Part shown: in pieces, positions 1 to 9,550 of the stretch
Layout: the number at the start of each line of letters is the position of its first letter
How positions within the stretch are numbered: position 1 is the stretch's first letter
Assembly: GCA_039811685.1 (NCBI GenBank)
Contig: JBDHZC010000002.1
Location: 576,001 to 640,000, forward strand
Source of the DNA: Armatimonadota bacterium
Lineage (GTDB): Bacteria > Armatimonadota > UBA5829 > DSUL01
Length of the DNA: 64,000 nucleotides
Reading direction: 5' to 3'
Notes under the pieces: model-generated
Seen by the model: the letters and a program-made list of their open reading frames with translations, nothing else
What the model was told of the DNA's origin: nothing
The model's database searches: none
Position numbers and translations under genes: made by a program

Positions 1-87
1 TACCGCGAGGCACGCGGCGACGTTGACGGCTGTGGTAGTCTTGCCGACTCCGCCCTTCTGGTTGACGACTGCAAATTTGAATGCCAC
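1..87 (-). CDS. parA: ParA/Soj family ATPase, 5' part only (runs off the window)
   Basis: Manual translation from GTG at 87: MAFKFAVVNQKGGVGKTTTAVNVAACLAV, with the deviant Walker A KGGVGKTT of ParA/Soj. Confidence 0.85.
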   Translation of the reverse strand, partial: MAFKFAVVNQKGGVGKTTTAVNVAACLAV

Positions 88-291
88 TATGTCAGTGTTT
101 TTCCGTTCCTGCTCCTGGGGTCGCCATTTCTGTTACCGAAGGGTAGCAGTGTAGCAGACTCGTCGCCAGAGCATCACCAATGTACGCCCAAGCGGCTCAG
201 TTCGTCAATATCGCAGCCCAAATTGTCCTTTCTGAGAGACTATCTCCTGCTGTGTAATCTGTTATAATAGCCGCGCGATTGCTGGGAATGG

Positions 292-1281
292 ATGCCTATG
301 CCGACACTTGGACTTGAAGAAGAAGTATTCATAACCGAGCCTGAGCGACCATCACTGCGGTCGCTGTACTATCTGGCACGCCTCTTGGCAAAGAACCCGA
401 GATACTACTATGTGCACTCTGCGTCCAACTTTGCGCGTCTGGGCGACATTCGGCACGGGTTGATGAGTGGCGTTGAGATTTCTACCGGCGTCCACACAGA
501 TGCAGAGGCGCTTCTGGAAGACCTTGCGAAGCGCCGCCAGGACCTCAGCTCCGTCGCCAGCGGACTGATCGTCTCAGTGGGACATCTTCTCGAGCAAAAC
601 ACCCCCTCGAACGTCTGTGGGCTTCAGATACACGTCGGATCCCGCAATAAAGAGCGCACTTACAGAAATATCGTCCATTTTCTCCCACTGCTCATGCTGT
701 TGACAGCGAACTCACCAGGAGTCAATGGGCGACGCTATGGGAAGTCCTACCGAATCGCCAACTCCTTTGCCATCGGCCCCCTGACTCCCGATCGGACTCG
801 GCGCTTTCAGGACATTATCTACTCCAAACGACTTGGCACCATTGAGGTCCGGGTCTGTGATCCGACCTGGGACCGCAACAGAATCCTTGCGCTCATAAGG
901 GCTCTGGTCGCGATAGAAGCCCTGGGAGTGGAGTATCCGTTCAACCCTGTAGAGTACAACGAAATGCGAGGGATATCGGCGTCTGAGGGTTACACAGAGA
1001 GACACAAGACGCTCTACGGGGAGTTGTCGCAAATATGCGACGTGGATGAGTCACTCTTTATCACGTCTCCGGCGGATCAGCTCTGGGATATCTACCAGCA
1101 ACAGGGAAGCGTAGCCGCATATTCAGCCGTCGACAGCAGCTACCGTGGAGGTGAGTTCGCACCTCATCCCGTCAAGCGGCGGCATGTGCTGGGAGAGATC
1201 GCTGCGGGCGCTGCAGGACTTGCTGGATACTTCGTGCCCAAACTACCGTATTACACCTGGAAGGCTATCATCGAATCATAG
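292..1281 (+). CDS. Glutamate--cysteine ligase family 2 (GCS2/YbdK-like) carboxylate-amine ligase
   Basis: N-terminal TLGLEEE, VEIST, GLQIHVG, LTANSP and GTIEVRVCD motifs typical of the GCS2 family. Confidence 0.8.
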   Translation: MPMPTLGLEEEVFITEPERPSLRSLYYLARLLAKNPRYYYVHSASNFARLGDIRHGLMSGVEISTGVHTDAEALLEDLAKRRQDLSSVASGLIVSVGHLLEQNTPSNVCGLQIHVGSRNKERTYRNIVHFLPLLMLLTANSPGVNGRRYGKSYRIANSFAIGPLTPDRTRRFQDIIYSKRLGTIEVRVCDPTWDRNRILALIRALVAIEALGVEYPFNPVEYNEMRGISASEGYTERHKTLYGELSQICDVDESLFITSPADQLWDIYQQQGSVAAYSAVDSSYRGGEFAPHPVKRRHVLGEIAAGAAGLAGYFVPKLPYYTWKAIIES

Positions 1282-1312
1282 GCTTCTGCGTCTCAGCTAG
1301 ATTCTGTCTATC

Positions 1313-2029
1313 GTGATCACATTTCTTCTGACAATTGCGGCGCTGGTCTTTTGTGGCGGCCTCGGGCTCGTATTTCTGCGGACCGTCTGGTTCCACAGAG
1401 ATCCGAAACGCGTCCCATCGCTCACGGAAGATGTCCTTATTGCTCCTGCGGACGGGATGGTCGTGTACACGCGCCCGTTCCAGGAAGGGCGCGTAGTTTC
1501 AGACAAACTTGGAGAGCAGATTCCCATAACTGAGATCCTCCACGAAGGACAGGCTGCTGGTTCAGGATGGATGCTCGGCATCTACATGTCGCCGTTAGAC
1601 GTGCACTTCAACTACGCACCCTGCGGCGGAGTCGTTGAGAGCATCCACCACAAACAGGCGGAGCTGAATCTCCCAATGATCGATATGTGGGAATATGTCC
1701 GAATCGTATGGTTCCGCCGGCTGGTCCAACTCTTTGGACGGCGCTTCCATCTGGAAAATGAACGCAGCACGTTCTTTCTTCAGTGCGGGTCTCTGCGCCT
1801 TGCAGTGGTCTTGATAGCTGACAAGTTTGTCAGCAAGATACAGACTTTTGTCTCTTCTGGCGACAGCGTCAGGTGCGCTGACAAGCTTGCCTTTATCGGT
1901 CGCGGATCGCAGGCGGATGTCGTTATCTTTGACCAGAATGTCGAGCTGACCGTAGCGCCAGGCCAGCGTGTGCGCGGCGGAGAGACAGTCATTGCAAAGC
2001 TAAAGAGGAGTCAGCGATGCGACGCATGA
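1313..2029 (+). CDS. psd: Phosphatidylserine decarboxylase-family proenzyme
   Basis: N-terminal TM, FHRDPKR, APADG, IYMSPLDVHFN, ENER and GSQ self-cleavage motif. Confidence 0.85.
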   Translation: MITFLLTIAALVFCGGLGLVFLRTVWFHRDPKRVPSLTEDVLIAPADGMVVYTRPFQEGRVVSDKLGEQIPITEILHEGQAAGSGWMLGIYMSPLDVHFNYAPCGGVVESIHHKQAELNLPMIDMWEYVRIVWFRRLVQLFGRRFHLENERSTFFLQCGSLRLAVVLIADKFVSKIQTFVSSGDSVRCADKLAFIGRGSQADVVIFDQNVELTVAPGQRVRGGETVIAKLKRSQRCDA

Positions 2030-2385
2030 ACTCAGCAGTGCCAATCGTTCTCATCGCGCTTATACTTTTTCAGTCGTGGCAGATCGTGCAGCTACGGCGT
2101 CAGGTCCAGGCCATTTTGCAGACGCAAGATCATCCCGCAGCCGTGTCCGATTCAGTGACCAAACGTGAGACCGCGGCGCAGTATCTGCGGAAGGCGTTAA
2201 ATGCTTTGCAGAGTGGTAAGATTGAACAAGCTCAAAAGGCAGCCAGGACTGGTGTGGCCGAGCTGGAGAGATATGCTCGCAAACCTCAATCCATCACTAT
2301 CCAAAAAGGACTGCAGGCGACCAGAGAGCACTTGGAGAAACAGTTACATTTCATCTATCAACCCGCTAAAGACGGCAAGAAGTGA
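2017..2385 (+). CDS. Small membrane-anchored hypothetical protein
   Basis: GAGGAG RBS, N-terminal hydrophobic helix, overlaps the psd stop. Confidence 0.6.
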   Translation: MRRMNSAVPIVLIALILFQSWQIVQLRRQVQAILQTQDHPAAVSDSVTKRETAAQYLRKALNALQSGKIEQAQKAARTGVAELERYARKPQSITIQKGLQATREHLEKQLHFIYQPAKDGKK

Positions 2386-2407
2386 CTCATCTCTGCAGGT
2401 TGCGCGG

Positions 2408-3100
2408 GTGACAGTCACTTGCATAGTGCCTGCCTACAACGAGGCCTCCAGGATAAAACCCGTGCTGGAGGCAATTCACCGCGCCTCCCTGGTTGACGAC
2501 ATCCTGGTGGTGAGCGACGGTTCGAGAGACCGCACCTACGACACCGCTTTGGAGGTATGCGGAGTCCGAGCTGTTGAACTGGCGAATAACAGCGGCAAGG
2601 CAGCGGCTATGTGTGCAGGCGCTTCGCGCTGTGAGGCGGATATCATTCTCTTCCTGGATGCGGATTTGTCTGGTCTTGAGCCACGACACGTAGACGCCAT
2701 CGTGAAGCCTGTGCTGGAAGGCTCTGCTGACATGGCCGTAGGCGTCTTTCGCGGCGGCCGTTTCTGGACTGATCTCGCGCAAAAAATAGCGCCGGTTATT
2801 TCTGGTCAACGCGCCATCCGCCGCGATCTCTTCCTCCAGGTCCCTCATCTTGAAGAGGTACGTATGGGAGTGGAGATCGCGCTTACCCAGTGGTCACGAG
2901 TGAACCGGATTCGCGTGGCAGAGGTGATTCTGGACGGAGTGACGCACCCTATGAAAGAGGAGAAGCTGGGGCGCATTCGAGGGTTTGGTTCGCGCATGCT
3001 TATGTACTGGGAGATTGGTAAAGTCATGATGACCAGCCGCCATCTGCGCAACGGTTGCAGTGCAAAGCAGAGCTCTCACGTCGAGGACTCATCCCACTAG
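2408..3100 (+). CDS. Glycosyltransferase family 2
   Basis: IVPAYNE, SDGSRD, GKAAA and FLDAD motifs; start placed at GTG 2408 because the longer ORF overlaps the previous gene. Confidence 0.85.
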   Translation: MTVTCIVPAYNEASRIKPVLEAIHRASLVDDILVVSDGSRDRTYDTALEVCGVRAVELANNSGKAAAMCAGASRCEADIILFLDADLSGLEPRHVDAIVKPVLEGSADMAVGVFRGGRFWTDLAQKIAPVISGQRAIRRDLFLQVPHLEEVRMGVEIALTQWSRVNRIRVAEVILDGVTHPMKEEKLGRIRGFGSRMLMYWEIGKVMMTSRHLRNGCSAKQSSHVEDSSH

Positions 3101-3259
3101 CTGGACTTCCCCACTCCGCTATCTTGCCAAGGGCGACATCCGCCGCGCTTCTTCAGATGGAAGAATCATTGCTGCGAACAAATGTACGGCAAAACGGGGT
3201 GTTCGTACTGTCTTTTCGGCACTCATTTGTTGTAGAATGAGAGCAATAGGGAGTTACGC

Positions 3260-4291
3260 TTGACACTGGACCCGTTCGACGTACGCATAACAGGTGGAGA
3301 CAGGCTTGAGGAGGACGCACAGGCTGAAGTCTCCCTCCGGCCCAGACGATTACAGGAATTCGTCGGCCAGGACAAAGTTAAAGCTAACCTGTCGGTGTTT
3401 CTGGAAGCAGCGAGACGGCGAGGGGAAGCCCTGGATCACGTTCTGCTCTATGGTCCGCCAGGGCTCGGTAAGACGACACTTTCGCACATTATCGCCAGCG
3501 AAATGGATGTCGGGCTGCGGACCACCAGCGGCCCGGCAATTGAGCGGCCGGGCGATCTGGCAGCCATTCTGACTAACCTGGAGCCTGGAAGCGTTCTGTT
3601 CATCGACGAAATCCATAGACTCTCGAGAGTCGTCGAGGAGATTTTGTATCCAGCGCTTGAAGACAGGCAACTGGATCTCGTGATCGGCAAGGGGCCCAGC
3701 GCTCGAACGTTGAAGCTTCCGCTGCCAGCCTTCACGCTCGTCGGAGCGACTACAAGAGCTGGCATGCTGACTTCGCCTCTGCGCGAGCGCTTTGGCATCG
3801 TGCATCATCTGGAGTATTACGATACACAGGCGCTGACAAGTATTGTCGGACGCTCAGCGGGGATTCTAGGGACTCCGGTTGAAGCTGAAGCATCCGAGGA
3901 GATAGCGTCACGAAGTCGTGGAACGCCCCGGGTGGCAAATCGTCTTTTGAGAAGAACGAGAGACTTTGCGGATGTTGACGGTACGGGTGAAATTACCCTC
4001 CGGCAGGCGCGTAACGCGCTGGATCGTCTCGAGATAGACGAAGCGGGGCTGGACGCAACGGACAGAAAGATGTTGATCGCGCTGGTGGAGCGCTTCGGAG
4101 GCGGTCCTGTCGGGCTGGAGACAATAGCCGCGAGCATCAGCGAAGATCGGGATACGGTCGAGGATGTCTATGAGCCATTCCTCCTGCAGCAGGGTTTTCT
4201 GGAGCGAACCAGCCGCGGGCGAATGGCGACGAAACTGGCCTATCAGCACCTGGGGCGAGCCTACGATGCCCGACAGCAGACGCTGCTGTAG
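3260..4291 (+). CDS. ruvB: Holliday junction branch-migration helicase RuvB
   Basis: [44 protein letters not shown]. Confidence 0.97.
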   Translation: MTLDPFDVRITGGDRLEEDAQAEVSLRPRRLQEFVGQDKVKANLSVFLEAARRRGEALDHVLLYGPPGLGKTTLSHIIASEMDVGLRTTSGPAIERPGDLAAILTNLEPGSVLFIDEIHRLSRVVEEILYPALEDRQLDLVIGKGPSARTLKLPLPAFTLVGATTRAGMLTSPLRERFGIVHHLEYYDTQALTSIVGRSAGILGTPVEAEASEEIASRSRGTPRVANRLLRRTRDFADVDGTGEITLRQARNALDRLEIDEAGLDATDRKMLIALVERFGGGPVGLETIAASISEDRDTVEDVYEPFLLQQGFLERTSRGRMATKLAYQHLGRAYDARQQTLL

Positions 4292-4376
4292 CCTGATTAC
4301 TCCAGTAGAGCGAACTGTGGGAGTGGACAGGGCGCGGGGATCGTGGAGACTGAGTTTGCGCATTGACGACCCGCTT

Positions 4377-5552
4377 ATGGAAGCGAGCGAAACGATGTTC
4401 TGCACACAGTGTGGAATTCAAAACACCGAAGAAAGCAACTTCTGCCGAAAGTGCGGAGCACGACTTCGAACACCCAGAATGAGCGCGACGGACAACTTGC
4501 AGGAGACAGCCAATCTGGCTACAGACCTGTCGCCACCCGATGACGAAAAAGTCTCGCGACTGCTCGATCGCGCCTTTCAGCTCTACGACGAAGGAGCGCT
4601 TGATCAGGCCTTTGAGGTCTGCCGCACAGCCTTGCGTCTCAATCCCGACAGCGTAACTGCGCGTTCACTGCTCTCTAACATCTATGAGCGGCAGGGTCAG
4701 ATCGATGCCGCTGTTCGGCAGATGGAGCGCGTTGTCGAGATCAATCCCGAGAGTACGGCAGACATCGAACGCCTTGCGTCGCTGCGAACTCGGCAGAAGC
4801 TGCTCGCGGATGATACTCCTCAGCGACCGCAGCGCACAGGTCCCTCTTACCGGCAGCTCATTCTGAACAATCCGTCCGTCCTGGCCGCAACCGGCGCTAT
4901 AGCGATCGTCCTGCTCGCTGTCGTTGCTTTTGATATGAGAGGAAAAGCTGCAGAGCATCCTGTCTCACAACCCACCGCTCCTGCCACTCAGACTGTCCCG
5001 GATGCCGGTGCTGGCGCAAACGCAAGCAGCCCGGACACTGGTAGCTCACCCTTTGTCAATGGCAGCGTATTTGACGGGACGGTCTCCTCGTCAACCACTC
5101 GCGCGTCTGCTATGGCACGGGAGGCTACGCAGGAGCCGACTCCCGCATCAACGAGCACTCCATCAGTGCCCGACTCAAGACCTGCCTCCAACACAGCTCC
5201 GGCGCGCACACAAACCCCTGCTGGCGCCTCAGCGCAGCCCGCGCCAGCTCCCGCCCGCCCATCGCCTGCGCCACCGCCCCGAATGAGCATCACGCGCAGT
5301 TCTCCCCCGCCAACCCCACCTGACAACGGGGCTAACGCGTCTGCCAACGCATCGACTCCTTCTGGAAAAGACTATCAGCAGAAGGCGATGGAAGCGCAAA
5401 ACAGAGGAGATCGCGCGGCGGCGGTGGACAACTTCAAGCGCGCTATCGCCGCCTACCGCGCAGAAGCCGGCAGAAGCGCGAACAGTTTTGAAGCTCAACA
5501 AGGTGTGCGCTCGTGTCAACTGGCGCTCAAGTTGCTGGGTGAGTCTGAATAG
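4377..5552 (+). CDS. Zinc-ribbon + TPR membrane protein with a Pro/Ser/Thr-rich linker
   Basis: FCTQCG...FCRKCG, TPR helices, one TM segment, low-complexity linker; start at 4377 or 4395. Confidence 0.75.
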   Translation: MEASETMFCTQCGIQNTEESNFCRKCGARLRTPRMSATDNLQETANLATDLSPPDDEKVSRLLDRAFQLYDEGALDQAFEVCRTALRLNPDSVTARSLLSNIYERQGQIDAAVRQMERVVEINPESTADIERLASLRTRQKLLADDTPQRPQRTGPSYRQLILNNPSVLAATGAIAIVLLAVVAFDMRGKAAEHPVSQPTAPATQTVPDAGAGANASSPDTGSSPFVNGSVFDGTVSSSTTRASAMAREATQEPTPASTSTPSVPDSRPASNTAPARTQTPAGASAQPAPAPARPSPAPPPRMSITRSSPPPTPPDNGANASANASTPSGKDYQQKAMEAQNRGDRAAAVDNFKRAIAAYRAEAGRSANSFEAQQGVRSCQLALKLLGESE

Positions 5553-5565
5553 GAAAGGCTTTGCG

Positions 5566-7269
5566 ATGCGTCCCACACCCGGATGGTTGTATGCCGGTGG
5601 AAGCTGTGCATCTATGCTGAGAGGGACAGCGGTTTCGATAGGGGCTATTCTGTCCGTGCTGGTGCTGAGCTCTGCCGGGTGGAGTGCGCACAACTCACGC
5701 GCCGACCGCATCCTGCTCGCTCCGATTGGAGGCGAGAAGCCACTGGCTGGCGCGGTCACGCGCGCGATTAAGGCGAACCTGCGGCAAAGTCAAATGCTGG
5801 AGGTAACTGAGTTTCGCCCGGATCTTCCCACTCTGAAGCGCGCTGTCCTGGAGAAAAGACTTGCGGGCAGCGATCTGGATTCCACAGACGCAAAGTCGCG
5901 CCAGAGAGTCGGCGCTGCGCTGGAAGTGGACTATGTGCTGTTCGGCGATGCAAAGGGTTCTTCCGGCAGGATTGACCTGAAGATGTCGGCCATTCAGGTC
6001 AGCAGTGGCCGTCAGACAGACTTTGAAGCGTCGATGAGTACGGCGCCCGGGATAGGGCAGGACACACTGGTGCTTTCTGCCGCCAATACAGTGGTCTCCA
6101 AATTCATGCAGCAGGTTCTGGGGCTGGTGCCGCCCGCCGAGCCTGCTGTGATACCCGGAGGACTCGGTCTTCCGCACGATCCTGTGACTGGAAGCTCATC
6201 CGGCACTGGCGACAATCCGTCAACTACCAACCCTTCCGCTGAACCAAGCACCGGTGAGAACGCGCCGAAAGGTGAGCAGCCGGGAGACACACATCCAACG
6301 CCGGCAAGTCCGGCGCTGTCACAGAGGGAGGCACTTCCTGTCAGGCCGGGACCGGACACTGCGGCGTATACAACACAGGCGGAATCCCTTGCGGCTTCTG
6401 GCGACCTCGCAGGCGCTATTCAGGCAATGCGCACGGCTGTCAATTTGTCTCCTGACAACGTCGATCTGCGGTTGAAGCTGGCGGAGTATTACGAACGCAA
6501 AGGGATGAATGAAGAAGCCTCCAGCGAGAGGCAGCGCGCGATGAAGCTAGCTCCGGGCGAAGCGGGATCTCAACACGAGATCGCGGCGCAACTGGAAGCC
6601 AGCGGCTCTGACGACGACGCTGAACGCGTCTATCGCACTATTCTTGACGCCAGCCCCAAAGACATCAAGGCACGCATTGCGCTTGGAGATGTTCTCTGGA
6701 ACAAGGGGAAGGTTGACGACGCCGGCCTGGAGTACGCACAGGCGGCCAGCGATGCGCCCTCTGATCCCGCTCCCCAGGAGCGCCTGGCACGGCTGTTTGC
6801 TTCGCGCGGGCAGTTTCTAGAGGCGACCAGTAGCCTTGCCACGTCCAAAATGCTGCGCGGCCAGGACGATGACCACCCTGTCGAGCCCGGCCTTTACCGT
6901 TCGCTCCTCCAGAGCTCAGACATCGCCTACAACAAGGAACTCACAGCGCTGAGCTCTGCTGCCACCGCGTTTCGGAAAGGCGAGATCACTCGCGAGGATT
7001 ATTACAACAAGATCCGGGCTCTGGTAACAGAAGTGGAGCAGCTTGTGGACTTCCTTAGCGACCTTGATCCACCTGACAACTACGCGAAATCGCATCTGTA
7101 CCGGACTCTGGCAGCCAGCCTTCTTGCTCAGTCGGTAACAGCGACACAGGAATGGCTGCTCAAGAACGAGGCAGCGCAGAAAGAGCAGGCAGAGCAATTT
7201 CAGCGGGAGTCACAGATACAGATGGATTCTGCGTCACAGTTGGAGCGCCGCGTTCGCGCCGGACCCTGA
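5566..7269 (+). CDS. Exported TPR-repeat protein with an N-terminal CsgG/TolB-N-like domain
   Basis: Signal-like hydrophobic segment, 'VGAALEVDYVLFG' motif, multiple TPRs; start uncertain. Confidence 0.7.
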   Translation: MRPTPGWLYAGGSCASMLRGTAVSIGAILSVLVLSSAGWSAHNSRADRILLAPIGGEKPLAGAVTRAIKANLRQSQMLEVTEFRPDLPTLKRAVLEKRLAGSDLDSTDAKSRQRVGAALEVDYVLFGDAKGSSGRIDLKMSAIQVSSGRQTDFEASMSTAPGIGQDTLVLSAANTVVSKFMQQVLGLVPPAEPAVIPGGLGLPHDPVTGSSSGTGDNPSTTNPSAEPSTGENAPKGEQPGDTHPTPASPALSQREALPVRPGPDTAAYTTQAESLAASGDLAGAIQAMRTAVNLSPDNVDLRLKLAEYYERKGMNEEASSERQRAMKLAPGEAGSQHEIAAQLEASGSDDDAERVYRTILDASPKDIKARIALGDVLWNKGKVDDAGLEYAQAASDAPSDPAPQERLARLFASRGQFLEATSSLATSKMLRGQDDDHPVEPGLYRSLLQSSDIAYNKELTALSSAATAFRKGEITREDYYNKIRALVTEVEQLVDFLSDLDPPDNYAKSHLYRTLAASLLAQSVTATQEWLLKNEAAQKEQAEQFQRESQIQMDSASQLERRVRAGP

Positions 7270-7512
7270 AAGGGCGATCGTACCTGGAACCCTCATTCGT
7301 CCGTAACCTCGTGTATGCCACCAGTCTGGAGCCGCGTTATTTACGGCAGCGTTAGCGCGCAAGGCCGAGCGCTTTGTTGTCTCTGTCGAAAAAGCGTTTC
7401 TGAAGCTCCTGTGAGTGCTCTCAGCACTGTCCACAACAGACCTGCGCACGAGACTGAGGTTCCTGGCGAAAGCATCCGATATTAATTTGATGCTGCCGAT
7501 CCGGACGCCGCG

Positions 7513-7575
7513 CCGGACTCGGCTAAAGCCGGTCTCGGCCAAAGCCGGTCTCGGCCAAAGCCGGTCTCGGCTAAG
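7513..7575. repeat. 16-bp tandem repeat (CCGGTCTCGGCCAAAG), about 4 copies
   Basis: ccggactcggctaaag ccggtctcggccaaag ccggtctcggccaaag ccggtctcggctaag, read directly. Confidence 0.9.
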
Positions 7576-7590
7576 AAGGTACCCACACGC

Positions 7591-9438
7591 GTGTCATCAC
7601 ATTCCAAATCGCTGACATCTGGAGACCCTGAGGAACTGGTGCGCTCCGAAACCATCAATCCTGTCTTTCAAGCTGTGATCGACATTGAAGACGCTGGCTT
7701 TCTGCTCCTGGATATCTCCGGGCACGTAACCTACGCCAGCGAAGTTGCCCGGGAGATGCTGAGTCTGCCTTCTGTAGACTCCGCACGCCTTCCTCTTGAG
7801 GCCCTGGCCTTCACAGTGCTGACCCGGCTGTATCACTCTGCTCTTCTGAACCAGGGTGAAGTCTTTGTGGCTGACGTTGTCCTGCCGGAAACGGGCGAAC
7901 CTGGACAGCTCAGAGTGAAGAGTTTCGCTTCTTCAGATGGCTCTGTCGCCGGAGCGCTGGCGGTTCTGCGCAGCACCAGAAAGGAGCGGGAGCTGGACAG
8001 AATGAAGGCGGATTTTCTGGCTATAGTCTCGCATGAATTGCGCACCCCTCTGACCAGCATTCTGGGCTATTCCAACCTTCTGTACGAAGCGGGTGAGGCT
8101 ATCAGTCCAGAAGATCAGAAACAGTTTCTCCAGACGATAGAAAATCAGGGCAGGGTGCTGCTGGAGCTTATCAACGACTTACTGGAGATGGCGAAGCTGG
8201 ACTCAGACCAGTTGAAGCTGGAGAAGGAAGCCTGCCCGCCGGGTGCTATCCTCAGCTCGGTCATGAATGAATACGCGTCGCGCGCTGAGGAAGCTGGAAT
8301 TGATTTGCGCATGGAATGCGAGTGCGATCTTCTGGCGCACTGCGACCCGACGCGGATACAACAAGCGATCGGCTATCTGGTGGACAATGCGTTGAAGTTC
8401 ACGCCGGAGGGTGGCAGTGTCATTGTCGCAGCGTATCAGAAAGAGGGCCGGGTTGTCCTCCAGGTGACGGACACCGGGTGTGGCATAGCGCCCGAGAATC
8501 AGACCCGTTTGTTTGAGAAGTTTTATCAGGTGGATGCAGGAGCTGCGCGCTGCGTCAACGGGACAGGACTTGGCCTTGCTATCGTCAAGCGCATCGTCCA
8601 GCTCCACTGCGGAGACGTATTCCTGGAGAGTGAAGCGGATCACGGATCCACTTTTGGGATGACTCTACCAGGCCTGTCAACGGACGCCAGGCAATCCGGT
8701 CAACCCGCTCAGGGCCCTCAGCTTGCTCTTGTGTCCACCTCTGCATCGCTGGCACGCGAGCTGTCAGCCGTGGCGCCAGCAACGATGATCAATACAGACG
8801 AGGATTTGGTACTGTGGACCGCCACTCACTCTGACGGAATACTGGTTCTGGACTGTGAAATCGAAGAAACTCACCCGGAGCTCTTCCGAATGGCGCTTGT
8901 GTGCGCTCATTGCAACCGACTGAAAGTCATCCTCACTGGACAGACCGGGGCGCGCTGGTTCTCTCCATTTGCCCTGCGCATCATGGACGATGGGATGTCA
9001 ATGGAGGAGATGACTTTGGAGCTGTCCTCACTACATTCCGGTGACGGTCAGGGGACAGTTGTCTTCGCTGATGCAGGAGACCATGGCGCCGAGTCCCTCC
9101 TGAGGTCGCTGGAGCTTGTAGCGGACAAAGTGCAGCCCGCGCACTCGCGCTTTGGCCTGCGCAAACGCCTGGAGGACCCGCAAGTCTCGCTACTGGCCAC
9201 TGCTTGCGACCAGGCTGCAAGTGAGTCGCTGAAACTGCTGGATGGGACGCGCGAAGCGGGCTGGCTCGGCAATCTCGCCGTATTTTGCTCCTTTCGCAGT
9301 GAGTTGCCTGAAACATTCGGGCGCTGGCTGTGCGCCTGGGCCAGTGAGGTGACTATCAGTGAAGCTCAGGGGCGCAAACGCCTTGCGCAGCTTATTCCGG
9401 AGTGCCTCACCTCTGGGCAGACGGACGCCGCTGCGTGA
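7591..9438 (+). CDS. Sensor histidine kinase (PAS-like, HisKA, HATPase, degenerate receiver-like C-terminus)
   Basis: VSHELRTPLTSI H-box, NALKFT, DTGCGI, FEKFYQ, GTGLGLAI. Confidence 0.9.
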   Translation: MSSHSKSLTSGDPEELVRSETINPVFQAVIDIEDAGFLLLDISGHVTYASEVAREMLSLPSVDSARLPLEALAFTVLTRLYHSALLNQGEVFVADVVLPETGEPGQLRVKSFASSDGSVAGALAVLRSTRKERELDRMKADFLAIVSHELRTPLTSILGYSNLLYEAGEAISPEDQKQFLQTIENQGRVLLELINDLLEMAKLDSDQLKLEKEACPPGAILSSVMNEYASRAEEAGIDLRMECECDLLAHCDPTRIQQAIGYLVDNALKFTPEGGSVIVAAYQKEGRVVLQVTDTGCGIAPENQTRLFEKFYQVDAGAARCVNGTGLGLAIVKRIVQLHCGDVFLESEADHGSTFGMTLPGLSTDARQSGQPAQGPQLALVSTSASLARELSAVAPATMINTDEDLVLWTATHSDGILVLDCEIEETHPELFRMALVCAHCNRLKVILTGQTGARWFSPFALRIMDDGMSMEEMTLELSSLHSGDGQGTVVFADAGDHGAESLLRSLELVADKVQPAHSRFGLRKRLEDPQVSLLATACDQAASESLKLLDGTREAGWLGNLAVFCSFRSELPETFGRWLCAWASEVTISEAQGRKRLAQLIPECLTSGQTDAAA

Positions 9439-9513
9439 CAGGGGCTGTTTGAGTGCCTTTCCGGCGCTCTGACGAGGCGCCGTCTGCTGCCTGAAAATCC
9501 GGCCATTGCGTGA

Positions 9514-9543
9514 TTGACGCACTCTCCCCGCCCCGCGTATAGT
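9514..9543 (+). promoter_or_regulatory. Putative sigma70 promoter of murJ (probably leaderless mRNA)
   Basis: TTGACG-N18-TATAGT; ATG begins 8 nt downstream with no SD. Confidence 0.5.
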
Positions 9544-9550
9544 GACACCT

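Noticed and set aside
3260..4291. ruvB without adjacent ruvA/ruvC
   Set aside because: Separation of ruv genes is common
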